A DNA stretch of 64,000 bases from Eutreptiella sp. 'Long Island Sound 2002' (taxonomy: Eukaryota > Protista > Euglenida). Positions 22,601 through 32,759 of this stretch are shown here, one piece after another. Positions within the stretch are counted from its first letter, which is position 1; each line of letters starts with the position of its first letter. Location of the stretch: contig OZ038379.1 of NCBI GenBank assembly GCA_964036045.1, positions 20,708,001-20,772,000 of the forward strand, written 5' to 3'. The notes under the pieces were generated by a model. That model worked only from the letters and a program-made list of their open reading frames with translations, had not been told where the DNA came from and made no database searches. The position numbers and the translations under genes were made by a program.

Positions 22601-25600
22601 CCCCAACGCCCACCCACCTTCACTGGGCCCTTTTCCTTTCTGACCCAGGTTCCCCTCAGACCGTTCAGGCCTCGTCTACCAAGACAAACTGCCGCCGCCC
22701 TTGATCACGCAAGAGCAATCCTTGGGAGACCTGTTGTAGCAAAGTCGGCACCAGCATGTCCTTCACCAACAGTTTTGACTTCCACTTGTCGTCCCCGTGG
22801 GTGTCCCACAAAGAATCAACCACAGACTCTATTTCCTCGACCACCTCCGCCTGCTCGTCCTGAGAATGCAGACGACAAAATGGCTCAGTGGGGTAAAGAG
22901 ATCAGACCAGAACCAGAGAGCAGCCCACCCCAAACACACTGCAAGAGGAGCCCAGGGCGTTGCTTGAGCGGAGGGGGGAGGAGGGGAGGGGGTCCAGGGG
23001 AGGGGCGGAGGGGGGCCAAGGGGGGGGGGGGGTGACCTAATTAAAAAACAGACAAATGCAAACCAGAGGTAATGCACTCCACAGTCCGGGGGGGGGGGAG
23101 GCCCCCCCCTCTGCCGGAATAAACTATATCGACCAGGAATTGCAAAAATGCACCACATTGACCCATTCAGTATATACATTTGACCTAATGTCTGAACACA
23201 GGTAATCAAATCATCTTTTTGGGTCCATACATTGTGCCCTCACCTAACCACCACCAGGCAACACAAACAGGAAACACAGTGGAATGCTCATTGTTATCAA
23301 GTTGTTTGCCGAAGATCAATCAGAGTTGGACTCACCTGAGCTGGACTCACCAATGTCATCCTCCTCTGAACTGGAAGAGGAACCAGGACTTGGCGTGCTA
23401 TTACGGCTGCTTGTGTTATAAACTCACGCAGAGTTGCCATTGGAGTGTTCAGAAACAGTGTGGAACATGCTTTCTGTGCCACATTATACGCTTCTTGCCT
23501 TTTCTTCCCGGTCCATCTATCTTGGAAACGAAAATAGAGGATCGCATGTACAACGTCGTCGCATTTTACGCAGGGACACAGTTGGACCGGGGTGCCGAAG
23601 AACGCACTTATGGGACGCTGGGACATGGTGTCTGCAACAAAGGGAAGAAAGGATACAGTGAAGTGACCAAAGAACCCTGCTATAAGTGCGCCCAAGGCGC
23701 GGGAGGGCAAAATTGGCCCAAACAAAAAAAGTTCCCAAAACCCTGATTCTCAGGTGAATTAGAGTGGAGGGGGGAGGGGGGGAGGGGGTCCAGGGGAGGG
23801 AGGGAGGTGGTCCAAGGGGGAAGCCCCCCCCTGCCGGAATGAAAATTAAAGCAACGCCCTGGGGCGGGGGGAGGATGGTGTGTGGGCCATAAAGGCTGCG
23901 TGAGTCTGCCGGTTGGTACCTCTGGGTGTACGTACTCACCCTAACCCTAACCCTAACAAGGATTGAATATTGGGACCGAGCTGGTGGAGGAAGGAACATC
24001 GTCTAGGAGACTTCAACGCCAAATGAGGTACGCGCTGGAAAGTGCATGAGAGTGTCCAAAAAGGGGGTCAAAATGAGCTGTATTCATCCGTTTGGGCACC
24101 ACAACTGGACTAGGATCATGTTTGGAAAACCATGATTTTGACCCGTTTTTGAGCCATTTGTGGTCCCAAATTGGCCCGATTTCAAGGCCCTTTCGGCTTT
24201 GAGAGGGGCCAAAATTGCTCAAATTGGGCTCAAAAATAGGCTCATTCCACTTGTCTGTGCACCCCAAATAGTCCAAAAGTATCTTTGCAAAAACACATTT
24301 TTGATCCATTTTTACAGATTTTTGGTCCCAAAACAGCCCACTTTCAATACATTTCGTGACTTTGGAGTGCAAACTGGCTTGCTATGGGCTCCAAAAGGGC
24401 TCATTGCACTTTTTTAGGCACCCCAAATGGTCTAGGATCATTTTGGAAAAACACTTTTTTGACCCATTTTTGACCCATTTTTGGTTGCAAAACAACCCAT
24501 TTTCAAGGCATTTTGGGATTTTAGGAGGGCCAAAACGGGCCACAACAAGCTCAAAACGCGCCAAAAAAACTTGTATTGGCATTCCATGTGGTGCATGATC
24601 ATTTTTGGAAAAAAGGTTTTTGCTCCCGGTGGACCTTGTTGACCCATTTTGGCACCCACCTCTTTGGGCAACCTCTTGCAGCTTGCTACTGCCCACTGGG
24701 CCTAGGTACAGGGGTCTAGGCGTCGGTAAGGGCAATTTTGAGGGGTGGAAATCACCAAAAGTGGGTGGTTGCGGGTGGATTAGGTGCGCTCGAAATCGCG
24801 TTTTGAGCCACGTAGCCCAAGATATGGTCTGTTTTTGGTTTGGGGCTGTCGGCGCCAAATGTGCACAAATTCTGGGGCTTTTGGGGGCCTTTTGGTAGAC
24901 GGTGTTCACCAGGCACAGTATTTCCATACCATGTTGGCTGCATGGTGGGAGTGGAACAATCAACAGTCCTTGATATGAATGTGTTGGTGGAGTTGCCCTG
25001 CATGCGCATCAGAACTCCCCAATTCGTATGGGTGGTGTCATCCCAAGGGAAGTCACTTGTCACACCAGCGGAAGAACCCGCAGCGATGTCTTGTACTGTG
25101 GCTGGACACAAAGCTTCGAGGTACACACTGTACAGGTGCACTGCTTGTGGCAAAGTTGAGTGTGGCTTGTTGTTGAGGGGAACGGGGGGTTTCCATTGTT
25201 AATTTCCAATGGAGAGTTCAGAGAAGAAACAAACCTCTCACACTGAATTTACTCACTGGCGAACCCTGGGTGGGTGTGCATTCATGAAATGAGACATAAC
25301 ACCCGAGAGCCTGGAAATGGACACAACCATACTGGACAATCTCCCTGATTAATATCCTGGCCCATGGGAGATTTCGGAGAAGCTGGAGAGGGGGGGGGGG
25401 GGGGTAGGGGCCCTTGAGGCGATTGGGGCCAACCCTTTGCTGGAAAACAACGCAGTGCAGTCGCCCACGTCGTGCTGGAAATGAAATTTGTCAGACAAGG
25501 AAAAAAAGCGCCCTTCGCACTAACAAAATGTTGCGGTTGCTGGGGGAAAACGCGTTCTTTCGGAGGTGCAACTTTCATGCACAGATTCAGAGGACCAATG

Positions 25601-28600
25601 CAAGTAGGGAAGCCATTATAAAGCAAATAGGAAAGTCAATAGCTTCGGATACCATGTCCATTGCACTGGGTTAAGGTCGGGACGCAGGGACAGGGGCCAG
25701 AACTGCCAGAAGCAGGCAAAAGGGCAGACGCAGACTGCTCCATGGCCTGAGAAAGCCTGGCTGAATCTGTCGAAGGCGCCAAAAAACAAGCAGCGGCAAA
25801 GGTTCCGAGCACACAAGCCACCTGAAGTCGCACAAATCGGCACCAGGCTGCATACCTCAGGCTTCAGATCAAAGGTAGGCTCCACCTCCTGCGCAATTTC
25901 CTGAAACGTCTGTCCAACCGCCCGTTTGCCCAGGATTACGCTTTCCCTCTCTGTGACACATTCCTCCCTGAAATTTTCAGTGGCTACCTGGCAGACAGTC
26001 GTGGCACACGTCAACTGAAGCATCTCCGGAGCCCTTCTTCCCTTAGACGGAAATTCAGTGTGGACCAACTACCGATTCCGTAAAAATTAGGGCGTACCAT
26101 TTCACATCGCGGAAATCCCTATGCCAGCCAAGGGACAACGATTGGAAGCCATAGCAAACCCAAGCCAACCAGTGCTTGATACATCAAGTTTGGAAACGGG
26201 AACTCAGGATGCCTGCTGACAGTATTCATCCCAGGGTTTCCCATCGCGCCCACAGAGGCAGATCAATGCAGGACGGAAGGGAAAATGCTTTGGATCAACG
26301 TGTGGGAATTTTTCTGGCATTCCCAGCCTGCGGATGGCAACGTCAAAGCGTACCCATCAAATGGTGGGTTACTGGGTATTGTATGTTTTGACGGTTGGTG
26401 CAAGATTCGCCTCAGATGCCACCGATTGAGTACGTGCTGCACGGATTTCCCAGAGGAACGGGCCTTTGAGTCAGCAGCTCCACATTGGGGGCCACGGCTG
26501 TGGAGGGACCCAACAGAAATTGGCGAAGCGGATAGAAGAAACACTAAGACCCACGAGCTACGGAAGAGGACAAACCTGATACCCCGTTGCTTTAAAGAGA
26601 CCCTCGGTGTGTTGCATAATGTTCGCCGTGTGGGCAAACACCACGTTCCGCTTGTTGTGTGCTAATGCGAACTCGATGGCTGCCTCCCCCAAGCGCTCGG
26701 TCCCCTGAGCGGAGATGTTCTTGATCTGGAAGCTGGTAGTCTGGGGCCCGCTCCGCAGTGTCCCGGTGTCTTTCGATTGGATGAACTTGTGCAATGCAGC
26801 GGCCTGCGACGATGTCCAGAAATGTTGGGGAACCCACATCAGGAGTGTCCAACCGCAGGATCAAATTTCTCATGCGGGGCAAGGCCATGCAGCTATCTGA
26901 ATGGTCCTGTCTGAGCAGCCATTGCAATGAGACATTTTTTCGCCGCTCGGTTGCTGCCTTGAGGTTCCTTGGGCATCCGAGCCCAATCTTCCTTCATGCT
27001 CTTGAGGGTGCTCCTCTGGCAGAACACAACTCGCTTTGCCATATTTTGTGGTTCATCTTTATCATGTCGGGGGAGCAGAGAGATGGTAATGAGCTGCGCC
27101 CACCCCCCTCTCCCCCCTGAGCTCAGGATCATGACTGTCCGTTTTTCGTCGTTGTTGTGGGCGTTTGGCGGGTTTCTTTTCGGAAGCCTCAATTGGCATT
27201 TCCGGAAAGCTGCAACACACACTCTGAACACAGAAATCTGTAGTCTGGGCGTTTCCGGAAAATGGTGATATTCCGAACCTGTTTTTGTAGCGTAATGCTT
27301 TTATGCTAGAAGCCTGCTATTGCGAGGATGTCAAGGACTGGTTGCAAAAAGATCTGAGGCTGGATCATGTTGAGGGCCAAGGATGACTATTACCCTGAGT
27401 CATGCTAAAGTGCAGTCAGGGCGTCTCTCGTTGTGCATCTGTGTAACGTACAAGACTGAGTAGAGCAGATAGCCTGGCAGCACAGTGTTCTGATTGAGCG
27501 ATACAATGCAAAGCACAGCAAACGCCAACAGCAATCCATCAGGCAAGAATTTACACAATTGCAATATAGGACAAGGATACCACAACACATACAAGAAATC
27601 ACTGAAAATTGAGTCGTTTACTGACTGCAAAACTTCTCAATACTTGGATACTGGTCAGCGCATGTGATGCATTTCACTGTACAACCCCCAACGGTTCTGC
27701 ATGAAGAAGTACAGCGGTTAAAGGCAAACAAACCAGAATGACATTTGATCTTGCCCTCCCCAGGATGGAGCTTGCACACTTTCAATTCAGCCGGAGGAGA
27801 AGCAGTTTGTCACCCTATTTACTGAAAGTATTCCACTGAGAAATCAGAAGTCAAGAATTGGGTGAGAGTCCGCACAACACAGCAGCAAACCTGCCTGTGA
27901 TTCCAGGAGGAAACCTGGTGAACACTGCCCTTTGTAGCAAGCATGCCCTGCCTACTCCCCTAATTTCGCCAGGGGAAAATTTTGCCATCTCCTTAAAGAC
28001 GAAAGTATCCCCGCCTGAAATTCTCCTCTGGCCCTGTTCGGTGCAAGAAGCACGGGGGAGAGATAATGACTTGAGCCTGGTTTTCACGTTTCTGGTGCTT
28101 GCCACAAAGGGGTGAAGATGCCAATGGCAATGCATTCTCTGGGTCCTTAGTTTTGGAGCAATTGTTTGGAACAGCAGGTTCTTTCAGATGTGTGAACCAA
28201 TGCTGCTTTCATGGGCAGTTTTGATTTGCAAATCTCTCTGACTCTGAACGGAGCATGCGCTTGCATGTCACGCGCGCGTCTTTGCATTAACGTACTGTGT
28301 GCGGTGTGTTAGGCAGAGAGCAGTCCAATGGGATGGGGAGCCATTCGGTCGATGCCTCCCTCCACTTCTGTGCTCGAACAGCAGACAAAATGCCAAAATC
28401 AATATGAGAGGGAGAAGTTTTTCTGTACACCTGGTGGCTTTGTGACGCAAGTTGGAGCTTTGGGAAGACAAGCGTGGCGAGAATCCCCCCCCCGCAATTT
28501 TCCCTCGCGAAATAATCCCGCAAAAAAATTTCCCCCTCCTGTACAATCCGCTGATACCAGGCTCTCAAGGGAGCAGCAAACGCGAGGGAAGAGGGAAGCA

Positions 28601-31600
28601 TGCCAGCAGGGCTGTGGGCAGTGCCCAGCGTTTCACTGGATTCGATTGTCGGATGCTCGACTCGTCTGTTGCCTCATCCATGAGAGATCCTAAGGGCTGC
28701 AATCGACGTATTTCTCAATTGCTGCAGCTCATGGGAGACCGGCAGGCATACATTTGTGTCGTTTCAAGAGAGCTTTTGGAGCAAATATCCAGTGCACATG
28801 CGAGTTTGAACGTAGGGTTCGACCGTCGTGAGACGGATTCTCAAATCGCCTCACTGCTTTTTGAGGAGATCAAGACAATAGGCACCAAGGGTCTTCCGAT
28901 GCATGATTTGAAAGAAATTGGTTCGAGAATGGATGCGATGGAGATCGGATACAATTCGCTGCACTGCGAAGTGGGTCCATTCATGCAGGTGAGTTTTCTG
29001 GCAAAATTATCGACGAACATGAGGATCTGACGCTAAGCGCTAATCCAGCATGCATTTGCGCGCATTCATGCTCATGTTGGGCAAACGCACTTTCCTACAC
29101 TCCAGGAACTCGAAGCAGTGCAAGTTTCTATTGCTCGTTTTCTCAGCGTCCGAAAGTGGTGCTCGGAGAACACAGTGGAATACAGTCGCTTCCCCATCTA
29201 CAACGCTGGATACGTTGCACATGTCCCCGGCAATCTGGAGGGGTGCAAGTGATACTGACTGAAAGGCCTGGCTGCCACAACCCACCCACCATGTATTCAT
29301 TCATGCCTCGATCTACAACACGCCACTGCCCTGTCTGCATCCATATCGCTGGGCTTGTGGGCGCACTTTGCCATTCCTGCCATTCCTGCCTCTTCGAACT
29401 GCGGCCATCTACCTCCATATGCCACCCCTGCCACACCCTCTTGCACGGGAGTGGGTGAGGTTGGCAGCAGATGAATGCTGCGAGGCGGGCGTTGCAAACA
29501 CGTGTCAATTGTGATAAAACCTTGCGAATTTACTGGTTTTGACCCCCTCCTGTGCTCCAATCAAGGCCTGTATGACAGACACATGGGCGACTTCCTGCCG
29601 GCTGGGGCATCAAAGGGAGACACGCGAACACATTGAAAAGAAGCAAAGCGGACCTGCGGTGATGCAGCTCGAAACTCGATGTCACTGTAGACGTCTTCCG
29701 TTGTCTCCCTATCCATGAACGTATGTGGGCATGACGCCAGCACACACGGTCATCGCACTGGGCTTCACCAACCGCATTTCCACACATTGTCCGCACCATC
29801 CAGGCATACTGCAATATCAACGGGGGCCCAGCGTGAGGGGTGTGGGCATAGCAGAACGCTTTAGAGGAAACAAATGCGCTGCCCCTCTCGTTTGTCCTCC
29901 CGGGCATATCGTCGTTGCATGCCACCCCAAATGCGCCAGAGTCACCCACCACCCCGCACCCCTACACAAAGAGACCGCCCCCGCGACCCGCACCGGATTT
30001 TTGAAATCTTTTTCTGTCAAAGAGTGTATTGAGACGGGGAGTTAAGTCAGGAGTAGGCCGGGTATTCGCAGATGAGGAGTTTTGATTGAAGCAGTCCTGG
30101 TTCGGTGCGTTCTTGTTGTCGAGCAAAATTGATGGTGCGCTGCTTTTAGGCAGGGGGATTTCTGGGTCCATCATCCCCCCGAAACCCATAGAGGAGGCGC
30201 GGCGTCATGTTTGGTAGGCCGCAAGGGCGTGAGCATATGTTGGGCCTTTGCAAGGCGTGAGGGGTGTGCGGAGGTCTTGCAGGGTGTAGGGGGTGTGGGG
30301 GCGTGACAAGGTGGCAACGGAGCACTTGGCACGCTGCGAGGACATAGCACCTGAAGATAGTCACGTTCATCAACTCGGGGCGCTTCATCGGGGAAGGAAC
30401 CCCTTCGATATACCAGATGGGTTGCATACAACAATACAAATCCAAGATCCAACGCAATTCATGCGTGAGGCTTCGTCCTTGCTGATGAAGAAGAGGAATC
30501 TGCATTGGACACTATCACGGTTCTCAGTGGACAGAGGGCGTGCTTGGAGAAGGACAGGCTCCACGGATGGGAGCCCGCCAAGCAAAGCGAACCAGGACTG
30601 CCAAACTCCCTCCCGGAACGGACCCCGGCCAACCTCGCCCTCCCCCCTCTATGCGCTCGGTGAAAATGGAAATGGAAAGCGAAACCTGCCCCGCAGGGGA
30701 GTAGGTGCCACCATTGGGGTAGAAGGCGGTGTACATGAGCAACGGTGCAAAACAGGTCTTCTATGTTGCTCCCCCTTACTCCCCTGGTATGCCAATAAGC
30801 TTTGTGCATGGTGGAGTATACCTCTGTCTATACACCGTAAAATAACTTCGCTGCGCCCTTCAGCCAAATTACCAAAGCAAACACCCTGCAAGATGCCAGT
30901 TCCGTATTCATGGCAGAGCTACACCACCACATCCGATGCATTGCACCAGTGCAAACGCTTCAGTGCGCCACTGCTACATTCGCTGCCATGTGCCACTGCC
31001 ACATCGACTACATTGCCCCAAAAAAACCAACACCACCACCGCCAGGACGGAGAAATGGGATGGTTTTGTGTCAACCAAAGTGTGCCCATGTGTGCAACAA
31101 CGAAGCAACACGAATGGTGGGCACCCAAACAAAACATCTGGTTTATAGTTTGTATTTTTCTGCTCCTTCTGCTGCTTCTGTGTCCCCTCCATTGCAGTTT
31201 TCCGTGCTGTTTCAATCGGCCACACTCATAATGACACCATTACAAGTCCTGGCCGCAACATTGCACCCTAAATCGCCCCTGGTGCCACCCCTGGTAATGG
31301 CTTGCGGCCACTGGGATCCAAAATGGCTCCATTGGTTTGTATGGGTCTCATACCCGCGGCCGTCTTTCGATGGACCTCGCAATGTGTGCAATTTGGATTG
31401 GATTTCGGCGGGAAACTCCAAAAAAAAAAGGCTAAAAAAAAACATCCACAATCGTTGAAAAATCCAACATGCAAAGGAGGGTTCAACAGAAGTATTCATC
31501 AACGGTCCATGCATTGTGAAAAAAAGTGACTTTCCGTTTCATGGAACGAGGAGCCCCGAAAAAAAAAAAAGCAACGGAGCGGCACGCAGAAAAGAGCGTC

Positions 31601-32351
31601 CGGAGTTGTGCCAAGTGAAGCTATGCCTTTGTCGCTTGCGAGATTGCGGCACAAGTCGAAAGGTGAAACGTCCGCCAGCACCCCAATGCTCGCCACCAAC
31701 TCTCCATCTGGCAAACTTGTAGCATGTGGCAACACGTATCACAACCATTGCCATGTGCGAGACCTTTGGAGCTTGCAATGGTCCCTTCATTCCGACCATG
31801 TACTTCTTGAATGCGTCGATGGTTTCTTGGGGCAACCATTCTCCTTTATTTTGGTAGGATTTTGCACCAGCCGGTACCTAAGGACAATCCCATCGTCGAA
31901 CACCGCGGTTGCTCAGTGCAGGTGTGCACATAGCTCTTCCTAAAATCAATCTTTCCACGAAGGCACGCGAAGGCATCATCATAACATGAAAGCTCCCAAG
32001 GGTGCAATCTGGCAGCAAACATACTTCCATCCATTGAATCTTCCGAGTCCCATCATATGCGTTGAACACGGCGGCATCTAGAACTTGTTGTGTTGCACCC
32101 CACAACTCAACACCGGTTCCATCCCCCACGATAAATGGAATGATGGGTGTGTGCGGAACCTAAGGCATACAAGTGCAACTAGGCCCTGCAACACACCCAA
32201 GATGGAGTGCGAGCACTTTGAGCACGCGCAATACCTCAAGAGCACCGTGCTCGTTTTGGGTAATTTGACCTTGGGATGCAAAACAGTGTTGGAGACAACG
32301 GCTTTGTGAAATCGATAGTCGGAGAAGGTGTCGGCGAGCCAACATGGACAT
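16489..32351 (-). CDS. icd: Isocitrate dehydrogenase homolog (bacterial Icd type, mitochondrial presequence), multi-exon, predicted catalytically dead
   Basis: Phase-consistent GT-AG exons: 32235-32351, 32025-32159, 31764-31877, 30351-30481, ~26576-26910 (internal frame break), 25856-25987, ~23428-23503/23520, 21569-21612, 18980-19152, 16856-16967, 16489-16611. They give [53 protein letters not shown] and KVNP. Confidence 0.9.
16856..16967 (-). CDS. icd: IDH-like exon ([29 protein letters not shown]...)
   Basis: Canonical sites; phase matches the upstream exon. Confidence 0.92.
17090..17330 (+). mobile_element. Possible hAT-like transposase C-terminal remnant
   Basis: Broken frame '[32 protein letters not shown]' loosely recalls the hAT 'ER.FS...MF.D.Q....ALM' tail. 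Confidence 0.25.
18980..19152 (-). CDS. icd: IDH-like exon ([31 protein letters not shown]...[10 protein letters not shown])
   Basis: Canonical sites; core IDH/IPMDH signature region. Confidence 0.92.
19262..19478. repeat. Degenerate pentanucleotide (TACTG/CACTG)n simple repeat
   Basis: actgtactgtactgtgctgtgctgtactgtactg runs. Confidence 0.85.
21569..21612 (-). CDS. icd: Probable IDH-like micro-exon ([14 protein letters not shown])
   Basis: 44 nt between TAG and GTACC. It joins to SMLRP to give SFLEESMLRP, compared with Icd AFLQQILLRP. Confidence 0.6.
22226..22415 (+). pseudogene. Inverted, diverged duplicate of IDH exon 2 end, intron 2 and exon 3, inside a downstream IDH intron
   Basis: gatgaaa|gtatgtttgct...cgatggaactgtccacag|gtgctggctggagcag...aaaggagaatggttgctccaagaaatcatc aligns to the reverse complement of ~31810-32030. 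Confidence 0.8.
23428..23520 (-). CDS. icd: Probable IDH-like exon ([25 protein letters not shown])
   Basis: Strong GTGAG donor in phase 1 that fits the next exon. Acceptor is uncertain (23503 keeps phase; 23520 is stronger but phase 1). Confidence 0.45.
23938..24900 (+). mobile_element. Non-coding repeat element starting at (CCCTAA)3; inverted relative at 50790-52110
   Basis: ccctaaccctaaccctaacaaggattgaatattgggaccgagctggtgg... matches the reverse complement of 52105 down to 50815, including internal ~170-bp units. Confidence 0.75.
25856..25987 (-). CDS. icd: IDH-like exon ([21 protein letters not shown]...FDLKPE)
   Basis: Canonical sites, phase 0/0. 'VTERES.ILG' resembles an insertion I recall from one bacterial Icd subfamily. 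Confidence 0.8.
26576..26910 (-). CDS. icd: IDH-like exon(s) 5 (…AAALHKFI…[13 protein letters not shown]…[20 protein letters not shown]); 5' part has a frame discontinuity
   Basis: The 3' part matches Icd GTKRLVRAAIEYA...[20 protein letters not shown]. The 5' boundary is uncertain. Confidence 0.7.
30351..30481 (-). CDS. icd: IDH-like exon 4 ([21 protein letters not shown]...NVTIFR)
   Basis: Matches Icd RSLNVALRQELDLY...IFR. An alternative in-frame acceptor gives a start at 30499. Confidence 0.85.
31764..31877 (-). CDS. icd: IDH-like exon 3 (VPAGAK...[27 protein letters not shown])
   Basis: Canonical splice sites; Icd motif. Confidence 0.9.
32025..32159 (-). CDS. icd: IDH-like exon 2 ([16 protein letters not shown]...KIQWME)
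   Basis: Canonical splice sites; strong Icd N-terminal motif. Confidence 0.9.
32235..32351 (-). CDS. icd: IDH-like exon 1 (mitochondrial targeting peptide [24 protein letters not shown]...)
   Basis: TTTTTAG|C ATG start; Arg/Ser/Leu-rich presequence with no acidic residues; GTATT donor; phase 0. Confidence 0.8.
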
Positions 32352-32489
32352 GCTAAAAAGGAAGCATGGGTGAAGGATCGCCAAGATCACCTCCCAAAAC
32401 ACAAATGGCAAGGTACAATTACACATTGATGAACCTATGCATGTGTAGATGCGTAGTTGTGCATGTGGATGTTTGGCGCCCTTGAAGGC

Positions 32490-32625
32490 CCTTGAAGGCA
32501 TTTTCATTGTTCTCATGTGGGCTGCTTCGCCGTGCTACTAGAAAGGTGACAGGTATTCTTGGGTGCGTATCCCAGCCTCTGCGCACGCAGTGCCCACGCA
32601 GTGCGCACGCAAAGCAAGAACTTGG
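32490..32625 (-). repeat. Dispersed repeat, partner at 63225-63380 (+)
   Basis: Shared gctttgcgtgcgcact...gggatac(g/t)cacccaagaatacctgtcacct...cccacatgagaacaa. Confidence 0.8.
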
Positions 32626-32759
32626 CCTTAGAATTGGGAGCACAATCATTCTGCTCATTCCCAACAGTCCGAGGGCTACCGCCATCCGCACCCGGCTCAC
32701 CCACGTCAGCAGACGGGCGAAGTTCTGCCGGACAAGGAGGCAGATGGACCGGACCCAAT

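Noticed and set aside
28452-29030. 192-aa plus-strand ORF in an IDH intron
   Set aside because: No recognisable domain, non-ATG start in repeat-like sequence; probably a TE remnant and not supportable as a gene.
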